A stretch of DNA of 61,210 nt from Promethearchaeota archaeon (GTDB lineage: Archaea; Asgardarchaeota; Lokiarchaeia; Sigyniarchaeales; SOKP01): contig JBHLLT010000017.1 of the NCBI GenBank assembly GCA_048938855.1, positions 1 to 61,210 of the forward strand. Reading direction: 5' to 3'. Every line of letters starts with the position of its first letter. Within the stretch, counting starts at the first letter, position 1. Of the stretch, positions 46,811 through 56,026 are shown in pieces. The translations under genes were made by a program, and so were the position numbers. The notes beneath the pieces were generated by a model. That model was not told the DNA's origin, ran no database searches, and saw only the letters and a program-made list of their open reading frames with translations.

Positions 46811-46984
46811 ATGTTTATAGATTTAGATAAATCAAGAGTAGAACTTTATATAAATTATTATTTAGAAGATTTTAAAGTTTTAATAAAAGAACCATTGAAA
46901 AAAGATGATGAGAAAAATGTTAACAATATTATTTTCGATAAATTCGATATTTCAAATAAAATTTACATAGCTCCAATTAATTAA
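46811..46984 (+). CDS. Small hypothetical protein (57 aa) between lrp and tfb, absent from the ORF track
   Basis: MFIDLDKSRVELYINYYLEDFKVLIKEPLKKDDEKNVNNIIFDKFDISNKIYIAPIN*. It fills the intergenic gap and is co-oriented with both neighbours; in-frame TTG at 46805. Confidence 0.6.
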   Translation: MFIDLDKSRVELYINYYLEDFKVLIKEPLKKDDEKNVNNIIFDKFDISNKIYIAPIN

Positions 46985-47002
46985 ATTCAATTTACGAAGG
47001 TT

Positions 47003-47926
47003 TTGATACAAATGGCATCATTAAATAGATTAAACAATGACAATTTACATTTCATGTATGAAAGGGAAAAAAATTGTTGTGGATCTCAAAACATAATTGC
47101 CTCCAATGGTTATCTTGTTTGTACAAATTGTGGAACAACTCAAGGTAAGGTTATTTCTTACAGTCCAAAGAGGCAATTCTTTTTAGAAAAAGAAACGGCA
47201 TCTCAAAATTTTGAACCTGTACGTTCTCCAATTGGACCACGAACTATCATCAAAGGTACTCAAGATGGAAAAGGAAATTACTTATCCCCAAAAGCACTAG
47301 AATATTTTAAGAGATTATCCAAAATACATGTTGGGCTTATAAATGGATTCGAAAAGAATTTATGGACTGCTATCCCAAAATTAAATCAAATAAAAACCTA
47401 TTTTAATCTCCCAAATTATATTATTGAAGATACTTTGAAGTTATACATTTATGCTGTTAAAAAAAAACTAACTCTTGGACGAACAATTAACGGAATTCTT
47501 TGCGCTTCACTTTATTTTATACTAAAATTTTACCATAAACCAATAGTAATAAATGAATTACTTTTAGCTTTTAATATATCCAAGAAAAAATTTGCATATT
47601 GTTATGGAGCAATGGTTAATAATGTTATACCAAACTTAAAAATGAAAATTCATAATTTTACACCTCAAGAATATATAGATAAATTCTACGAGGAATTGGA
47701 TTTGTCTATTATTTGTCGAAATATTGCTATAAAAGTTGTGGAAGAAAGCAAGAAAAAAGGATTAATAACATCTGGAAAAGACCCTAAAGGAATAGCTGCG
47801 GCTTCTTTATACATTTCTTCAAAAAAGAATGAAGAACATCGAACACAAAAAGAAATATGTAGAATTGCTAATGTTTCTGAAATTACGCTAAGAATGAGAT
47901 TAAAAGAAATCAGTAGTTTAATCTAA
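47003..47926 (+). CDS. tfb: Transcription initiation factor IIB paralogue (TFB)
   Basis: Zn ribbon CCGSQN...YLVCTNCG; two cyclin repeats; GRTINGI; SGKDPKGIAAASLY; RTQKEI...ANVSEITLR.R.KE. Confidence 0.93.
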   Translation: MIQMASLNRLNNDNLHFMYEREKNCCGSQNIIASNGYLVCTNCGTTQGKVISYSPKRQFFLEKETASQNFEPVRSPIGPRTIIKGTQDGKGNYLSPKALEYFKRLSKIHVGLINGFEKNLWTAIPKLNQIKTYFNLPNYIIEDTLKLYIYAVKKKLTLGRTINGILCASLYFILKFYHKPIVINELLLAFNISKKKFAYCYGAMVNNVIPNLKMKIHNFTPQEYIDKFYEELDLSIICRNIAIKVVEESKKKGLITSGKDPKGIAAASLYISSKKNEEHRTQKEICRIANVSEITLRMRLKEISSLI

Positions 47927-48076
47927 AAATTACTTAAATTCATTACTTTAATTTTTGATATCATATAAAAAATTTTTCAATAAAGACTTTTCAATATTTT
48001 TTTTCGAATTTAGATTTGATTTTATGGACTAAAAATATAAAAAAACAGATTAATTTTACTAAATCTAAAAGAGTTA

Positions 48077-48532
48077 TTATCGGACAACTAAAACATCACA
48101 AGAAACATTATTAATTACTTTATTGGGAATTGTTCCTAACACTATACTACTTAATTTTGAGTGGTGGCCTTTACATCCTAAAATGACTAAATCAAATCCT
48201 TCTTCTTCAACTGCTTTTTTAATATAATCTTCAGGAGGAATATCAAATATTAACCTAGTCTCCACTTTTACATTAGATTCATTGCATAATTTTTTAAGCT
48301 CATTTAAAATATCTTCACCATTTTTGATGTAATCATTATGAATTGTTAATGTAATAGAATTACCATCTCCTGAGTGATGAAAAGGATTCAGATTTACCTC
48401 TGAAAGATGGTGTAGAACAGAATGAAAGCCAATTATTTCACTATTTTCTTTTTTTTGATATTCAATTGCTTTTTTAGCAGCATGAATCGAATTATAGGAT
48501 TGATCCATACCAAGTAAAATTTTCTTATACAA
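48077..48532 (-). CDS. Universal stress protein
   Basis: TTG 48532 gives MYKKILLGMD; DLVILGCKG, LGTIPNKV, CDVLVVR; close paralogue of 31924..32376. Confidence 0.93.
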   Translation of the reverse strand: MYKKILLGMDQSYNSIHAAKKAIEYQKKENSEIIGFHSVLHHLSEVNLNPFHHSGDGNSITLTIHNDYIKNGEDILNELKKLCNESNVKVETRLIFDIPPEDYIKKAVEEEGFDLVILGCKGHHSKLSSIVLGTIPNKVINNVSCDVLVVR

Positions 48533-48731
48533 TTTTAACCATCTATTAGGCAATTATAACAATCCTAATAGTAAACTTTTTAACATTATTTTAAAGCTAT
48601 GTTTAAAAAATTATTAATAAATATCTCAATTATGCTATTACTTTTTATAACAGTTAACTGATTTCCTTATTTTTTGAAGTGAATTTTTTTTTATATCAGA
48701 TTTTTAATTGAATCTTTTTGTTATACTAGGA

Positions 48732-49646
48732 TTATTTTTCTGTTTTGAAATCGGCAAGATGTTTGAATCTACCTCCTAATATATTTACCATATCTGAAGG
48801 AACAATAATCCATCCTCCTTTTTCTTTCATAGATTCATAAAGAATGTTCATCGCTCTTAAATTTAATGCAACTTCATCACTTTCGTAGATATGAGCCGCA
48901 CTAATAAATTTATTAGCAATTTGTTCCTCAGAACCCGCTAGTATAACTCTTGCTTGACGTTCTCTTTCTGCTTGCGCTTGCCTACTCATAGCATCTTGTA
49001 ATGCTGTTGGAATCACAACATCTCGAATCTCCACTGAAATAGATTTGACTCCCCATTCCTCAGTTCGTTCATCAATTATTCTTTCAAGATCATGTGATAT
49101 TTCTTCTCTCCCTGCAAGCATCTGGCTCAATTCAGTCTTTCCAATTATATCTCTTAAAGAAGTCTGAGCAGCCCACGAAATTGCGGTTTTATAATCTTGG
49201 ACGCGGAGTGATGCTTTATACGAGTCTACAACTTTCCAAAACAATACAGCATCAACATTAACAGGAACATTATCCTTTGTTAAAGTTTGTTCAGCAGAAA
49301 AAGTAGTTGTGATTATACGCATATCGAGAGAAAAGGGAATTTTATAAACAAATGGAAAAAGCCATAATACACCTGGACCTCGCATTTTTTTAAACTTTCC
49401 TAATAATAAAGTAGGTACTTTAATCCATTCGGGGATGATATATAATCCCATAAAAATAAAACCTATCAAAATCATAATACTAATTCCAATAAATATCAAT
49501 AGGTTAATCGAAAATCCAAAAAAATTCAATGCAATTATAAAACCTAATAAAACGATAATCCCCACACTAAATAAAAAATACCCTAATCCTCGTATTACCC
49601 CTCCACCAATCAAACCTGCTCTACTGTACATTGACATTTTTATCAT
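48732..49646 (-). CDS. SPFH/band 7 stomatin-like protein
   Basis: GPG, LTKDNVPVNVDAV, AQTSLRDIIG, WGV....VEIRDV, AMSRQAQAERERQA. Confidence 0.95.
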   Translation of the reverse strand: MIKMSMYSRAGLIGGGVIRGLGYFLFSVGIIVLLGFIIALNFFGFSINLLIFIGISIMILIGFIFMGLYIIPEWIKVPTLLLGKFKKMRGPGVLWLFPFVYKIPFSLDMRIITTTFSAEQTLTKDNVPVNVDAVLFWKVVDSYKASLRVQDYKTAISWAAQTSLRDIIGKTELSQMLAGREEISHDLERIIDERTEEWGVKSISVEIRDVVIPTALQDAMSRQAQAERERQARVILAGSEEQIANKFISAAHIYESDEVALNLRAMNILYESMKEKGGWIIVPSDMVNILGGRFKHLADFKTEK

Positions 49647-49854
49647 TTCATGTGAAAATAATTGTATATAAATAAATTACGGCTAAAAATTATAAATGGA
49701 AATTGATTCTCACTTTAAAAAACGGGTTATTAATATATTTGGTCCTGTTCACTATAAAATAAAAGGAGTTAATTTGTTAAAGATATAGTAAATAATTACG
49801 ATTAATATGTAAAAAACTATTAATATCCATCACTAAAATTAGATATAAATTTAT

Positions 49855-50475
49855 TTATTTCACTAATGTCTGGGAAAGTTTAACTGTTATGTCTGCGATA
49901 TCTTTTTGAAGTAGTTTAACTTCTTTCTCATTCTGAATTACATCCTGCATATGATGGTTCAATTTTCTTTTTTCCTCTTTATAAGATTCTCTTAATGTTA
50001 GGGCTTTTTTAGGGCTTTTCTTTTGAATTGCTGTTAAATATTTTAATTGATATCTTCCCAATTTAATCCGAATATTCGCTGCATGCATTTTAGAATTTGC
50101 CAATATAAATTTTTTTTTTGCTAACTTTTCTTCAAGTTCTGCTATTTCCTTATGATGTTTTGCCAACTCTAATTGATTTTTAGCGACTTTCTCATGATAT
50201 GCTATATAATCTGTTTCATTTTTTATTACTGCTTCGGGAAATTTTAACAATTCCATGGATTTTATTTTGTTTTCTAATAATTCTTTATTATTTTCAACTA
50301 ATTTCATTCTTACTTGAGCTAATTTTATCTCTTTTTCAACGAAATTCTCTCTTGTTTTTACTTTTTTTAAGAGATTTTTAGCTAGCTTCTTTAATTCTAT
50401 CGCTACAAATTTTTCCTTTTCAGCAATAATAATATTCTCTTGAGCTTTCAAATTTAGATTAAAAACTTTTTCCAT
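49855..50475 (-). CDS. Hypothetical basic coiled-coil protein
   Basis: K/E/L-rich heptads over the whole 206 aa. Confidence 0.7.
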   Translation of the reverse strand: MEKVFNLNLKAQENIIIAEKEKFVAIELKKLAKNLLKKVKTRENFVEKEIKLAQVRMKLVENNKELLENKIKSMELLKFPEAVIKNETDYIAYHEKVAKNQLELAKHHKEIAELEEKLAKKKFILANSKMHAANIRIKLGRYQLKYLTAIQKKSPKKALTLRESYKEEKRKLNHHMQDVIQNEKEVKLLQKDIADITVKLSQTLVK

Positions 50476-50706
50476 ACTAAAATCACTTATCTCTCTTTAA
50501 AATTTAATTTAGAAATCTCAATTAAATTATATTTTGATTTTAATTTTGAATATTAATCAGAGAATTATTTATATAAAACAAGAGGTAATTTTTCATAATA
50601 AAACAGATATAGTTGTTTTCATAGATAGAAATACAATATATTAAATTCTAATAGAAAATGAAAACAATTTTTATCTAATTTTCTAGGGAGCGTAATATTT
50701 AATTAT

Positions 50707-51450
50707 TCATCGTGAATATAATTTATTTTTCCTATAAGAGCACATCCAAATAAAATTGTCAATAATTTTTTCTCCAGTTATTCTAGTCTTTTCGGTAATT
50801 CGTTCATCAAATAAATTGGGATTAAAGTAATATGGATTGTGAGTTTCTGGATGAAATTGAAACGCAAAAATAGGTTTTTTGTTATGTTTCATGTATTGTA
50901 TCATTATATACCCCATTGTACGGGAAGTACTAATAATCTTAAAATTTTCTTGAATTTTACAATCATTTGGAGAAACAAAATCTAGGTGGTGAACATTAAC
51001 TGGAATATTTTTTTGCGCTATTAATTCATCCGTTTCTTTAAGTAAAATAAAAATAATTTTCCCTCCTCCTCCAAGAAGTCTCATCCTAGATATTTGTGCT
51101 CCAAATGCATATGCTACTAAATGAATTCCGAAACACAGAGCGAGGATTGGAGTCCTATCCATTTTTTGAATTAATTCTAATTGCGGTTTAAACTTTTTTT
51201 TTAATTTCTCATCATAGTAAAAACTCGAGACATTCAATTCAGATCCTGAAAGGATAATCCCAATGCAGTCCTCCGCCATCTCTGGTTTGAATTGAGTGAA
51301 GTGAATAGTTTTTAACTCTATATCTGCTAAAGAGTTATTTATAATTGATTCTAATCGTGTTATTCTATCGGTAGGAAGAGCTCGAGAATAATTATCGATT
51401 AGAAGTATTTTATCTTTTTCTTCTTTTTCTAGAGAATTTTCTTCACTCAT
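50707..51450 (-). CDS. Class I glutamine amidotransferase-like protein (possible gamma-glutamyl hydrolase)
   Basis: ILLIDN, GIILSGS, LALCFGIHL (nucleophile Cys), FQFHPE (His-Glu). Confidence 0.88.
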   Translation of the reverse strand: MSEENSLEKEEKDKILLIDNYSRALPTDRITRLESIINNSLADIELKTIHFTQFKPEMAEDCIGIILSGSELNVSSFYYDEKLKKKFKPQLELIQKMDRTPILALCFGIHLVAYAFGAQISRMRLLGGGGKIIFILLKETDELIAQKNIPVNVHHLDFVSPNDCKIQENFKIISTSRTMGYIMIQYMKHNKKPIFAFQFHPETHNPYYFNPNLFDERITEKTRITGEKIIDNFIWMCSYRKNKLYSR

Positions 51451-51467
51451 CTATTATCTCCTTTTTA

Positions 51468-51833
51468 TCATATGTAATTTTTAATTAAAATTTCAGAGGG
51501 ATAGTAGGTATAAGCATCTATTTCATCACCGTTTTCAATTTTTACTCTTACTATTATTCTATGGTATAGTCTCCCTTCTCCCTCAATCATATCAAGGTGG
51601 TTAATGAGAGACATACTAACGCCATAATAGACCTCTCCTTTGACACTATATTTATTATCCTTAATAATAAATGGAAATCCTAAAGAGGGAGGCTCTATTT
51701 TTCTAAAATTAGGAAGAATAGCTTTCTCATAGTTTAATCCTTTAAGGACGTAATTTCGGCTTTGCCCATGTTGTAATGTGCCATAGACAAAGAGTCTATT
51801 ATGCAGATTTTCTCTAGAATTGTCTGTTTCCAT
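51468..51833 (-). CDS. Gamma-glutamylcyclotransferase (AIG2/GGACT/BtrG-like)
   Basis: LFVYGTL, VKGEVY, LDMIEG, YHR, AYTY. Confidence 0.92.
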   Translation of the reverse strand: METDNSRENLHNRLFVYGTLQHGQSRNYVLKGLNYEKAILPNFRKIEPPSLGFPFIIKDNKYSVKGEVYYGVSMSLINHLDMIEGEGRLYHRIIVRVKIENGDEIDAYTYYPSEILIKNYI

Positions 51834-51859
51834 TTTTTTAATAATATAATTGATTTTAA

Positions 51860-53323
51860 TTAGAAAAATGCATCTCCAAATAACCGATCTATTAAAGACT
51901 GTGATTCAGATTGACTTCTTAAGACTCGGTCGGTCTCTCTTAATGGAATCTTGAGATTCTGAACAACAAGATTATTTACAACCCTTATACCGTTAAAATT
52001 TGTTACCATTCCATTCATATCGTCATAAGAAAAATTATACTTAGCTTCTAGAGTACCCCGAACTTGTGTACCTGCTGTGATTTTATAGCGGTTTCCTCTC
52101 CGATCACTTACTATTCGTGGTTCCAGCAATTCCATAAAAACGTACTTTTTTCCCTGTTGTCTCATTTTTTCAATTTTTCTCGATTGATATTCAATAGTAA
52201 GTTCTTTCTGAGTTTGATTTGTTTGTTTTTCCTTCTTAAGCAGGTTTTCTATTTGAATGTTTAAATAATCTTGGTATTTCTCTGTCTCTTTGATCCATCT
52301 AAATAAGCTAGTTTCTAATAATTCAGTTTCACCAATCGATCTTCTAAAAACAGCGTTAAATCCATTCGCAATAGCATTTTCTACATTAACCGTATGATAT
52401 GGATCTTTTTGAATTTCTCCAGTAGCTTGGAGTTCAATTGCGTGAAGAGTAGAAACACAACAAAGATAAGCAATATCGAGCAAATCTTCAATACTATATT
52501 GTACATCAACAATCCGGACTTCTATACGATTTCTTGATGGTAATTCATCATTATCATCACTGATATTAGTAAAAGGACCTCTTGGAGATATGTCTACTAA
52601 ACGATCTCCTCTATTATTAGCAATAACCTTTTTAGAGAATTCATCCTCTTCAAATCCTATTTTCAATTTATATCTCATTCGACCATAATATCGCATTGGA
52701 ATTAAAGCTGGCCGATTTTCAGGAACTTGTATCTGTGCAAATCCATTTGATTTAAGAACTGTACTATTTGCACATCGATTACTAGCGATATTATTATAAT
52801 TTCCTCTATAAATATGTGAATTCGCTGAAATTCCAATTATTTCTGGAAGATAATCCCATAAATAATTATATACTACTTTCATTTCTTCAGGAGTCATCAA
52901 ACTGCCTTTTTTTTGAACAGAAACATTAATATGTGTTCCAGAAATTGGATTTGGGTCACTCTGTACAGGGTGGAGACTTTGGGCAAGGATTTTTACTCCC
53001 AATTGATTAGCTGCTTCTGTTACTAATTTTCTTCCCTCAAATACAGCCTGTTCTAAAGATTTTGGGGATAATGGTAAGGTTACATATTCAATTTGTGAAG
53101 GTGAAGGTTCAGCATCTAAACCTCGTATTTTAACTTGGAGTGAATTCAGAAAATTTTGATCTTGCTCAAGAATCTCTGCTGATTTCATCATTATGTCATC
53201 TGCTTTCTTTGCCAATGTTCCGTTCTTATTAATAATTAAGAATTCCTCTTCGATTCCACATAAGACTTGATAATCCTTATATATATCTGAATCAATCTCT
53301 TTACTCTTTTCATGAAATAACAT
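51860..53323 (-). CDS. Glutamate-cysteine ligase family 2 (GCS2/YbdK-like) carboxylate-amine ligase with C-terminal extension
   Basis: CGIEEEFLII, SQIEYVT, GTHINVS, ISANS, SNR, RIEVRIVD. Confidence 0.85.
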   Translation of the reverse strand: MLFHEKSKEIDSDIYKDYQVLCGIEEEFLIINKNGTLAKKADDIMMKSAEILEQDQNFLNSLQVKIRGLDAEPSPSQIEYVTLPLSPKSLEQAVFEGRKLVTEAANQLGVKILAQSLHPVQSDPNPISGTHINVSVQKKGSLMTPEEMKVVYNYLWDYLPEIIGISANSHIYRGNYNNIASNRCANSTVLKSNGFAQIQVPENRPALIPMRYYGRMRYKLKIGFEEDEFSKKVIANNRGDRLVDISPRGPFTNISDDNDELPSRNRIEVRIVDVQYSIEDLLDIAYLCCVSTLHAIELQATGEIQKDPYHTVNVENAIANGFNAVFRRSIGETELLETSLFRWIKETEKYQDYLNIQIENLLKKEKQTNQTQKELTIEYQSRKIEKMRQQGKKYVFMELLEPRIVSDRRGNRYKITAGTQVRGTLEAKYNFSYDDMNGMVTNFNGIRVVNNLVVQNLKIPLRETDRVLRSQSESQSLIDRLFGDAFF

Positions 53324-53419
53324 GATAGATCATCTCTATTCTGCTATAAAATCTCTTGTAACATTAAAAGAAACAATAATTAAAAAATTATTAATTTAGA
53401 ATTTAAAAATAAAGAGATA

Positions 53420-54778
53420 TCATTTAAACATTTCCATAAAAGCTCCAAGGCGAGTCTTGACTTGCTCGATATTTTCTCCCATTTTATTGAAATTTAAAGC
53501 AATTGTGGGAATTTCCAACTCTCTTCTTAGTTTTTCTCTAAGCATAGCATAACAGTTCGATATTGAATGACAACCATAAAGCTGAATAAAAATTAAGCCA
53601 TCTGCCTTTAAACTTCTCGCTAATCGAAGATAGGAATCTGTTAATTTATCATTATCGCAACCAATGCCATTTGTATTTGCTTTCATTAAATATCTAGCAT
53701 AAGCTTCAATAGGGTCAGTATTATTTGATATTGGAATATCTTCCAAAAACAATAAGAGATCCCAATCTCCATATAACGCTCTTCCTCCTAATTCATATAT
53801 AATATCATGAGTTTTAGGTTCCCATCCACCAAACATCGGGGTAACAAGGATTTTTGGCATATTTGATACATCCATACCTATTTGATTTTTAATTCTGCCT
53901 TTCATTTCTGTTAATAAAGATGAAATGTTATCCCTATACCTCGAAGCATTGGAATTATAATCATGAAAACTTATGCTTAATAATGCAAGAATTTCACTAA
54001 AAGTTGCAGGATTACATGGGAGAAAGTCAGATGTACCTATTTCATAGATAATTTTCTTATAAGTTTGATGTATTTGATTAGCTGTTTGAAAATGACTTCT
54101 TAATGCATTGTCGGAATAGTCATAATCACTGATTTTTGCCAACTCGTCTAATCCATTGGAAATATTATCAACAAACAGCTCTATTGAATTGCCGATATCT
54201 CTGGGAGGCACATCTACCCATATTTGCTTCGAAGGATTACCAATTGCTGCAATAGATTCTAAATATTTATTCCACGCACTACACCTTATCGTAAAATTAA
54301 GATTTGCCGCGCAATTTTTACCCTTTGATACATTCATTCCGTAAAGAGACTTAATTCCATAACAAAAATCACTTGATAGACCACTTTCTATGCCAAGGTC
54401 AAACATTTCATTATATTTTTCATTAATAACTTCTATTACATTTTCAATAATGTTATCAACTGTTTGACTTATGTCTTTAATTCCAAGATCTTTAACAAAA
54501 CCTAGAAAATTGGAGACTCTATTCCAACCAAATATACTGGATGCTGATCCTAAATATGTGAGATATTTGTGAATTTTAAATTCATGCATCCTAATTGGAA
54601 AAACAGGTATTAAATCTGGAAACGCATATACTAAATCTGAAAAAGGTAATGCTACAGATATTAATTTCTTATTTTCTCTAAATTTTTTTCTCTTTAAGTA
54701 ATCTCTTCCAGTTAAAAAATTATATGCCATTCGTAATACGGAAGAAAATCTAATTAGTTCATCAGCCACTAAACTCAT
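53420..54778 (-). CDS. 2-hydroxyacyl-CoA dehydratase subunit (HgdA/FldB-like)
   Basis: GLSSDFCYG, IRCSAW, ADGLIF..LYGC, IPTIAL, EQVKTRLGAFMEM. Confidence 0.85.
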   Translation of the reverse strand: MSLVADELIRFSSVLRMAYNFLTGRDYLKRKKFRENKKLISVALPFSDLVYAFPDLIPVFPIRMHEFKIHKYLTYLGSASSIFGWNRVSNFLGFVKDLGIKDISQTVDNIIENVIEVINEKYNEMFDLGIESGLSSDFCYGIKSLYGMNVSKGKNCAANLNFTIRCSAWNKYLESIAAIGNPSKQIWVDVPPRDIGNSIELFVDNISNGLDELAKISDYDYSDNALRSHFQTANQIHQTYKKIIYEIGTSDFLPCNPATFSEILALLSISFHDYNSNASRYRDNISSLLTEMKGRIKNQIGMDVSNMPKILVTPMFGGWEPKTHDIIYELGGRALYGDWDLLLFLEDIPISNNTDPIEAYARYLMKANTNGIGCDNDKLTDSYLRLARSLKADGLIFIQLYGCHSISNCYAMLREKLRRELEIPTIALNFNKMGENIEQVKTRLGAFMEMFK

Positions 54779-54780
54779 TC

Positions 54781-55917
54781 TTACATCATCTCTAAAAAAG
54801 CTTCTATTCTTGTAGTTAATTGACCTCTATTCGCTCTAGAATAATCTCTTTCTAAATTTAACACTTGAATCCCTTCACTTTGTAAGCGATTTTTCAAATG
54901 GCTTGACATTATTAACATATGATCACAGAATTTTATGATATGATTAATAACTCCTAAATTTTTACCATATTTAGCTTGAAATTCCTTATAATAATTCTTT
55001 ATTAGAGTTGTTTTATTTTCTAAGAAATTTGGTACTGAATGATCACCATAGATATTATTTTTGAACCTTAGAGTTAATAGATCAATGGGATCGTTTGATG
55101 AGTTGATTTCATCATCATCTATTATTTGGGAATAGTAATTATATCCAATCCAAGAATCAAAAAAAGTAATATTTCCACCTCCTTCTTCAATCAAATCGAT
55201 TAAATAATCATTTACAAAGATTGAACAACCAGTTAATAAGATGTTTTTTGATTTTTCTAAAAAATTATCTTTAGTTTGACTAAGATTATCATACTCTCGT
55301 TCTAACTCGGGCATTATTTCTGGACCGAATAACATTGCTTTATGAAGAAGTTTCAGTTTAGTTGAGCCCTTAATTGGCAATTCATTTAATTTCTTTAGGA
55401 TTTTTTTAAATTGATTATATTTTTTAATACTATCTAACAACATTTCCTTATTAATAATGGAACCTTGAATTTCTTCTAATTGATTAATTAAATTTTTTAT
55501 TTCTAATTTAAAGTACTCCAAACTATTCTCATTTCTAGTATATGAAAGATAAAAATCCAATCGTTTAATATTGAAATATTTACTAATAACTTCTGATGTG
55601 CAAATATCACTAACGCAATGGTTGGATACAATAAAGTAATCTACTAAATCTAAGAAATTATATTGGCTTAGTTTTAAAGAATATAGCCCGATGCATGACT
55701 GAGCAAATGCGCAAGTAGATGGAGGTAAATAATCATGACTAGCATCCATTAAATCATCATTTCCTGCAAATATTAATCGTAATGGGATGAAACCTGCAGC
55801 ATCTAACAATTCTTCCGGAATATTATCATGAGAGATATATGCTATAATTTTTTTACCTTTTTCTTTTTTTTCTCTTAGAAATGAAGCATACTCAGATAAA
55901 AGTTCTGCATTATCCAT
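54781..55917 (-). CDS. 2-hydroxyacyl-CoA dehydratase subunit (HgdB/FldC-like)
   Basis: IPEELLDAAGFIP, PSTCAFAQS, NHC, ILLTG, IKFCD, LERDY....GQLTTRIEAFLEM. Confidence 0.9.
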   Translation of the reverse strand: MDNAELLSEYASFLREKKEKGKKIIAYISHDNIPEELLDAAGFIPLRLIFAGNDDLMDASHDYLPPSTCAFAQSCIGLYSLKLSQYNFLDLVDYFIVSNHCVSDICTSEVISKYFNIKRLDFYLSYTRNENSLEYFKLEIKNLINQLEEIQGSIINKEMLLDSIKKYNQFKKILKKLNELPIKGSTKLKLLHKAMLFGPEIMPELEREYDNLSQTKDNFLEKSKNILLTGCSIFVNDYLIDLIEEGGGNITFFDSWIGYNYYSQIIDDDEINSSNDPIDLLTLRFKNNIYGDHSVPNFLENKTTLIKNYYKEFQAKYGKNLGVINHIIKFCDHMLIMSSHLKNRLQSEGIQVLNLERDYSRANRGQLTTRIEAFLEMM

Positions 55918-56026
55918 TTTAGTTTTTAACTTCTATGAATTATTAGTCAAAAAAGAGTTAATGATACATAAAATTTTTCATAATTAACCAAATCTTAACT
56001 CTTTAAAAATGAAGTTGAAAAAATAA

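Noticed and set aside
46965-46972. acatagct upstream of tfb as another copy of the shared promoter motif
   Set aside because: It is not followed by a TATA box and falls inside the 57-aa ORF (codons Y-I-A).
50707-51450. GMP synthase subunit A (guaA) call
   Set aside because: It has the class I GATase fold but diverged motifs (no SGGP, HHLD instead of SHxD) and no ATPase subunit nearby, so the symbol is withheld.
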